Below are positions 59,089 to 64,000 of a stretch of DNA of 64,000 nt, in pieces. Numbering within the stretch: position 1 is the stretch's first letter; each line of letters opens with the position of its first letter. The notes beneath the pieces were generated by a model. That model saw only the letters and a program-made list of their open reading frames with translations, had not been told where the DNA came from and made no database searches. This DNA comes from an uncultured Bacilli bacterium (GTDB taxonomy: Bacteria > Bacillota_I > Bacilli_A > RF39 > UBA660). The position numbers and the translations under genes are program-made. Location of the stretch: the NCBI GenBank assembly GCA_947626695.1, contig CANQTE010000001.1, positions 14 through 64,013 on the forward strand, in the 5' to 3' direction.

Positions 59089-59784
59089 TTAACTACTAAT
59101 AAACTTTATTAATAAAGGCCCTAATATTATTAATAACATAATAGGAATAAAGAATATAACACTTATAACACTTATTTTAGTAGGTAATTTAGCTATTTCC
59201 CCTTTTACTCTTAATATTTGTTTATTTCTTAAGAAATCTATTTCATTATATATAGCTTCTTTAATATTAGTACCATAATTACTTGCTTGAATCATATTTA
59301 ATATAGTATTATTTATTACTTCACTAGGTATTCTTTTTTTCATATTTTCTAAACTTTCATTTAAACTTTTACCTAATCTAACTTCTTTTAAAGTTATTTC
59401 AAACTCATGAGATATTTCTGAATCTACATTATTAATAGTTAATCTAAGAGCATTTTCTAAATTTCTTCCTCCCTCTAAAGTTAAAACTAATACTTCCATA
59501 AATAATATAGCTTCTTTTTCTAATTTTTCGCCTCTTTTTTTTATCTTATAATCTAAACATATTTTTTCAAAAAGAATATACGTTGTAATACATAATATAG
59601 GGCCCATAATAAAACCATATTTAAAATATATTAAACTAATAATTAATATAAGTATAGAGGTTAATACTCTCATATTTAAATATTTATAAACTAAACTTTT
59701 ATCATTTATTCCAAGTAATTTTAATTTATGTTCTACTCTTTTAATAGTATTTTTAGCATATATTTTAGAACTAATATCATCCAT
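59089..59784 (-). CDS. tadC: Tad pilus assembly protein TadC-like (T2SS F-domain)
   Basis: Polytopic membrane protein with GspF-type topology, downstream of the tadB-like gene. Confidence 0.55.
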   Translation of the reverse strand: MDDISSKIYAKNTIKRVEHKLKLLGINDKSLVYKYLNMRVLTSILILIISLIYFKYGFIMGPILCITTYILFEKICLDYKIKKRGEKLEKEAILFMEVLVLTLEGGRNLENALRLTINNVDSEISHEFEITLKEVRLGKSLNESLENMKKRIPSEVINNTILNMIQASNYGTNIKEAIYNEIDFLRNKQILRVKGEIAKLPTKISVISVIFFIPIMLLIILGPLLIKFISS

Positions 59785-60779
59785 TATAAATCTACCTCCA
59801 ATACTTTTTGAACTACTAATATATATAAAATATATAATAATATTATAAATATTAATAATATAATCCCTAAAGGTTCTTTAATCATTACTTCAAAATAACT
59901 AGGATTTAACATAAATATTAAACTAACTAATAAAAGAGGTAAAAATATTAATAATTTAAAGACAAACTGACTAGAAGCTGTTAAACTATTAAGTTCATTT
60001 TTTAAATTCTTTTTTTCAAAAATAGATTTTTCAATTAAAGAAAATACTTTAACTATATCTCCTCCTGTTTTATTAAGAAGAGTTAGAGAAGAAGAAATAT
60101 ATTTAGCGTCCTCTAATTTTACACGTTCATAAAATCTTTTAAAGACTAAATCTAATTCTAAACCATAAGTTATATCTAAATATATTTTTTTAAATTCATC
60201 TTGGATAGGTCCATCTAGTTCATCTTTAACTACTTCTACTGCTTGCATGATATTGCGACCACTTTTAAATGCACTATTCATAATAATTATAGCTTTTAAT
60301 AAATCATTTTCTACTATCTTTCTTTTTTTATTATAATTAATAGTTAAATATATATCTAAACTATAAAAACCAATTAAAAATATTAATAATAAAACTGGAA
60401 AATCTAATTTTATTTTATAAAAACTAGATATAACTATACTTAGTATAATACTTAATATACTAATTAATATCTTTAAAGAAACATAATCTATTTCATTATA
60501 TTTATCTTTATCTTTATATTCTATATATTTATTATATTTTAAACTATATTTACTTAAAAAAACTGAATGTTTAATAACTTGAGATATTTTTTTTATGAGC
60601 TTATTTTTTATATTAATTATTTTATCTAATAGAGAATAATTTTCTTTATCTAGATTAGAACTAATCGCATACTCGCCTATTCTTTTTTCTAATTTTAAAG
60701 TATGAGAAAGACGAAGTAAATACCATATTACTCCTAAAATAATAACTATAATTAATATTTTTATTATATTAAAAGCCAT
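59784..60779 (-). CDS. tadB: TadB-like inner-membrane platform protein
   Basis: Membrane protein of T2SS-F type, paired with tadC. Confidence 0.55.
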   Translation of the reverse strand: MAFNIIKILIIVIILGVIWYLLRLSHTLKLEKRIGEYAISSNLDKENYSLLDKIINIKNKLIKKISQVIKHSVFLSKYSLKYNKYIEYKDKDKYNEIDYVSLKILISILSIILSIVISSFYKIKLDFPVLLLIFLIGFYSLDIYLTINYNKKRKIVENDLLKAIIIMNSAFKSGRNIMQAVEVVKDELDGPIQDEFKKIYLDITYGLELDLVFKRFYERVKLEDAKYISSSLTLLNKTGGDIVKVFSLIEKSIFEKKNLKNELNSLTASSQFVFKLLIFLPLLLVSLIFMLNPSYFEVMIKEPLGIILLIFIILLYILYILVVQKVLEVDL

Positions 60780-60791
60780 AAAAACTCCAAT

Positions 60792-62123
60792 CTATTCATT
60801 TATATTAAATATATCATCTATATCTGTTATACCTCTTGCTTTTATCTTTTTATATACTTCTGGTAATGTTTTATATTGGATAAATTCACCATCTACTTCC
60901 CCTTTTAGAGTTAAACCTTTTTGTTTAAAAGCAAATATTTCTTTTAATTTTATTTCCCCATTATTAAAGCCTTCTAATTCAGAAATACTAGTAATTTTTC
61001 TTTTTCCATCACTCATTCTTTCAATATTAATAACTAAATCTATGGCACTAACAATATATTCTCTTATAGCTTTAATTGGTATTTCTACTCCACCCATTAG
61101 AACCATTGTTTCTAGTCTATTTAAAGCGTCTTGGGCACCATTCGCGTGCATTGTTGTAAGTGAACCATCATGACCAGTATTCATGGCTTGTAACATATCA
61201 AATGCTTCTTTTCCACGAACCTCTCCTACTATTATTCTATCAGGCCTCATACGAAGAGAATTAATAACTAAGTCTCTAATTGTAATTTCTTTATCTTTAC
61301 TGTAATTAAATGATTTTGTTTCAAGTGATATAACATGATTTTGTTTTAATTTTAATTCAGCAGCATCTTCAATAGTTATTATTCTTTCATTATCACTAAT
61401 AAAACCACTTAAAATATTTAAAAGAGTAGTTTTTCCAGAACCTGTTCCACCGCACACAATCATATTACATTTACCACGTACTGCAGCATCTAAAAATCTT
61501 GCCATATAAGGAGTAAGAGTTCCAATTCTAATTAATTCATCTATATTATTCATGGATTCTTTAAATTTTCTAATTGTAACGACAGGGCCTTTAGTAGATA
61601 AAGGAGGTATTACAGCATTTATTCTTGAACCATCAAGTAATCTAGAATCTACCATGGGGTTACTCGCGTCTATTGTTCTTCCTAAAGGTTGAATTAATCT
61701 TTGAACTGTTCTTATAATATGTTCATCATTTATAAAAGAAACGCTTTCATCTTTAACTAATACTCCATCTATTTCAATATATATTTCATTAGGAGAATTA
61801 ACCATTATTTCTGTAACATTTTTACTATTTAAAAGTTCTGTTAAAGGTCCGTATCCACTTATTTCATTATCTATTAAATTAAATAAATGACTTCTTTCTA
61901 AATTAGATAAATCATAGCCTTCAAGTTTTTTATCTATCTCATTATTTATCCATTCATTTAAACTTATATCATTTGGCATTTCATTATCTATTAAATCTTC
62001 TACTATTTCTGTTCTTAATTTATCAAGTAATTTTTTATCTTTAAATATTTCATAATCATTTAATATTCTTATATCTTTATCTTTTATTTTAATATCAAAA
62101 GCACTTCTTAAACTTTGTCTCAT
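60792..62123 (-). CDS. cpaF: CpaF/TadA secretion ATPase
   Basis: Walker [11 protein letters not shown] plus VirB11/CpaF-type Asp and His boxes. Confidence 0.85.
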   Translation of the reverse strand: MRQSLRSAFDIKIKDKDIRILNDYEIFKDKKLLDKLRTEIVEDLIDNEMPNDISLNEWINNEIDKKLEGYDLSNLERSHLFNLIDNEISGYGPLTELLNSKNVTEIMVNSPNEIYIEIDGVLVKDESVSFINDEHIIRTVQRLIQPLGRTIDASNPMVDSRLLDGSRINAVIPPLSTKGPVVTIRKFKESMNNIDELIRIGTLTPYMARFLDAAVRGKCNMIVCGGTGSGKTTLLNILSGFISDNERIITIEDAAELKLKQNHVISLETKSFNYSKDKEITIRDLVINSLRMRPDRIIVGEVRGKEAFDMLQAMNTGHDGSLTTMHANGAQDALNRLETMVLMGGVEIPIKAIREYIVSAIDLVINIERMSDGKRKITSISELEGFNNGEIKLKEIFAFKQKGLTLKGEVDGEFIQYKTLPEVYKKIKARGITDIDDIFNINE

Positions 62124-62881
62124 TATTTTACCTCCTCTTTATATATGTCGGTAATAAGTTGCATAAATGTTGTATAATCTTTACTAAATGTCGAGGCAGC
62201 CTTAGGATTTAAAGTAATAATATCTCCTTTCATAATTATGCTATCTATATTTTTAATATAAAAATCTTTAGAAATAACATAATCAATATTATTACCTATA
62301 ATATTTTTAATATCATATAAACTAAAATATTTTCTAAATGGGTATATACTTTCATTTAATATTACTTTATAATTATTATAATTAACATCTTTTAAAATAC
62401 TCATTAAGCTCCGCATATTCTTTAAATCAAGAGGGTCATTAGTCATAACAAAAACTATTTTATCGACTAAATCCATAGTAAATATATTAAAATCATTTAA
62501 TTCATGAGAAGTATCTATTAAAACAATATCATAATTAAAAACTGCTTTATCAAGAATTAATTCCACATATTTAGGATTAATTTTACTTGCTTGTCTTGGG
62601 TCTTTAGGACTTGCTAAAATATCTATTTTATCATCATATTTAGTAACATAATCATTAAATTCTTTATATCTATTATTATTATAATCATCAACTAAATTAT
62701 AAATACTTTTACGAGGGTTTCTATTTAAAGAAGCACATATACCTCCACTTGCTAAATCAAAATCAATGATTAAGACTTTTTTATCTAATATTTCATATAA
62801 GCCTGCAAGATTAAGAGTTGTAATTGTTTTACCTACTCCACCTTTCGCAGATGATATACATATTGTAATTCCTTTATTCAT
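62123..62881 (-). CDS. CpaE/TadZ-like ParA-family ATPase
   Basis: Deviant Walker A (SAKGGVGKTT). Confidence 0.65.
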   Translation of the reverse strand: MNKGITICISSAKGGVGKTITTLNLAGLYEILDKKVLIIDFDLASGGICASLNRNPRKSIYNLVDDYNNNRYKEFNDYVTKYDDKIDILASPKDPRQASKINPKYVELILDKAVFNYDIVLIDTSHELNDFNIFTMDLVDKIVFVMTNDPLDLKNMRSLMSILKDVNYNNYKVILNESIYPFRKYFSLYDIKNIIGNNIDYVISKDFYIKNIDSIIMKGDIITLNPKAASTFSKDYTTFMQLITDIYKEEVK

Positions 62882-62890
62882 AATATCACC

Positions 62891-63259
62891 CTAATCTATA
62901 ACTATTTTATTATTATTTATATACCCCTTTAAATTAACTTTAATTTCATATTTTTTAATACCTATTATACTGCCAAAAATACTATTTATTTCTATTTTAT
63001 TATTAACTTCTATTTCTTTATTAGCAACATTTAATTTTAGGTTATCTATATCTATTTTATTTTTAATAAATAAATCATGTATTTCATCTTCTGTTAAATC
63101 TTTTTCTATTCCCTCATGTATAATTAATTTAGTAACTTCTTTTAAATTAGTTGTTTTACTCATAATTAAGCCTATATCAACTACAAAGGCCATGATACCT
63201 ATTATTAATGGTAATAGAAAGACAAATAATATTAAAGTTTGACCCTTTTTATTAATCAT
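62891..63259 (-). CDS. TadE/TadG-like pseudopilin
   Basis: N-terminal KGQTLILFVFLLPLIIG, a prepilin-like hydrophobic segment. Confidence 0.5.
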   Translation of the reverse strand: MINKKGQTLILFVFLLPLIIGIMAFVVDIGLIMSKTTNLKEVTKLIIHEGIEKDLTEDEIHDLFIKNKIDIDNLKLNVANKEIEVNNKIEINSIFGSIIGIKKYEIKVNLKGYINNNKIVID

Positions 63260-63665
63260 TTATAATACTCCTTTTTACTTCTAATTTATAAGGATTATTT
63301 AATATTAAATTTAAGCCAGGAGTAATGATTTCTATTTCTTTTGCTAAACTAATTTCTTTATAAGAAGTATCTTCATTTATAATTAAATTCATATCTTCTA
63401 GGTTTAATTTTTCCTTTATTTCTTCTTCACTCATATTATTTTCATTTAAACTAATAATATCATTTATTGTACTTTCTAAAATAATTTTATTGTAAAATAT
63501 TTTTCCAAAATCTATAACTCCTAAAAAAAGCATTAAAAATATTGGTAAAATAATTACAAATTCTACTAGTGCTTGCCCTTCTTTCTTTAAGGAAAAGTTA
63601 TTCTTCTTTTTTCTCTTCACACTTACCATCTCCAGGTTTATCTCCTTTAATATATACTTCATCAA
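63252..63665 (-). CDS. TadE-like pseudopilin (true start probably internal, near 63629)
   Basis: EGQALVEFVIILPIFLMLFLG, a G/XXXXEF prepilin-type motif. Confidence 0.5.
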   Translation of the reverse strand: MMKYILKEINLEMVSVKRKKKNNFSLKKEGQALVEFVIILPIFLMLFLGVIDFGKIFYNKIILESTINDIISLNENNMSEEEIKEKLNLEDMNLIINEDTSYKEISLAKEIEIITPGLNLILNNPYKLEVKRSIIND

Positions 63666-63798
63666 CTAAACTACAAGATGTTTTAGTAATCGCATCTTTA
63701 AGGTATCCCCCAAAATAATTAACTAGTGCAATGGCAATAACACTAATAAGTGCAATAATTAAAATATACTCTACTAATGCTTGGCCATTTTTTTTCAT
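63598..63798 (-). CDS. flp: Flp-family type IVb pilin (likely start MKKNGQALVEY)
   Basis: Flp motif GQALVEY followed by a hydrophobic helix. The track ORF 63598..63849 carries a spurious N-terminal extension. Confidence 0.65.
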   Translation of the reverse strand: MKKNGQALVEYILIIALISVIAIALVNYFGGYLKDAITKTSCSLVDEVYIKGDKPGDGKCEEKKEE

Positions 63799-64000
63799 AA
63801 CTTTCACCCTTATCATAATAATGATATAATAAAATAAAATAAAAGTCAATTTTTAAGAATTAAAAACTTAAAAAGATTTACTTTTATTAAAAAATGTAAT
63901 ATACTTAATTTAAGCGAGACACTTATAGTGCTTGCCTAAAATATTTAGTAACAAGCGCCATATAACATGAAGCAAATTTGAGGCGCTTTTAATATGTAAC

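Noticed and set aside
63850-64000. Hairpin AAGCGCC...GGCGCTT at the window edge upstream of flp
   Set aside because: It is truncated by the window boundary and cannot be interpreted.

Overview
This is an AT-rich, low-GC, Clostridium-like Firmicutes window. It contains one complete temperate prophage and about 25 kb of host chromosome.

The prophage spans about 12..38646 and is integrated into the 3' end of a tRNA-Ser(GCU) gene at 38630..38722 (minus strand). It is bounded by a perfect 53-bp direct repeat (attL 12..64, attR 38594..38646) with tandem AGGACGTA arm-type sites inside each end.

Reading right to left on the minus strand, the prophage carries:
- a tyrosine integrase, two small moron genes and a CI/Cro-like switch;
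- a replication module: a DnaD-like initiator with internal iterons, an ERF-like annealing protein, a PD-(D/E)xK nuclease, SSB, a frameshifted N6-adenine methyltransferase and a MazG-like protein;
- an ArpU/RinA-like late activator;
- an unusual ~0.6-kb GC-enriched noncoding island flanked by a 23-bp perfect inverted repeat;
- a packaging and head module: terS, terL, portal, scaffold and a capsid with an apparent +1 frameshift adding an Ig-like domain;
- large virion proteins: a 1914-aa HExxH protein, a repeat-containing fibre and an LRR protein;
- a lysis cassette with holins and an M23-peptidase endolysin;
- a zinc-finger HNH-like ORF at the far left.

The host DNA carries:
- a gerA-family spore germination operon, a GDPD phosphodiesterase and a Fic protein;
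- an Rpn (YhgA-like) PD-(D/E)xK nuclease followed by a stand-alone duplicated copy of its own C-terminal domain;
- a TasA/SipW-cognate-signal protein;
- leuS carrying an intact inserted Nudix hydrolase domain, preceded by a T-box leader and a small membrane ORF;
- a GH31 glycosidase, feoAB and a tandem-HTH regulator;
- a secreted DUF1566/C-type-lectin-like protein whose 3' end is a sharply GC-rich, NNC-codon-biased patch, a candidate orphan DGR variable repeat;
- a DUF4143 ATPase and a promoter-to-terminator small RNA candidate between 46-bp hairpin repeats;
- a Tad/Flp pilus locus.

No CRISPR array, rRNA gene or reverse transcriptase was seen.
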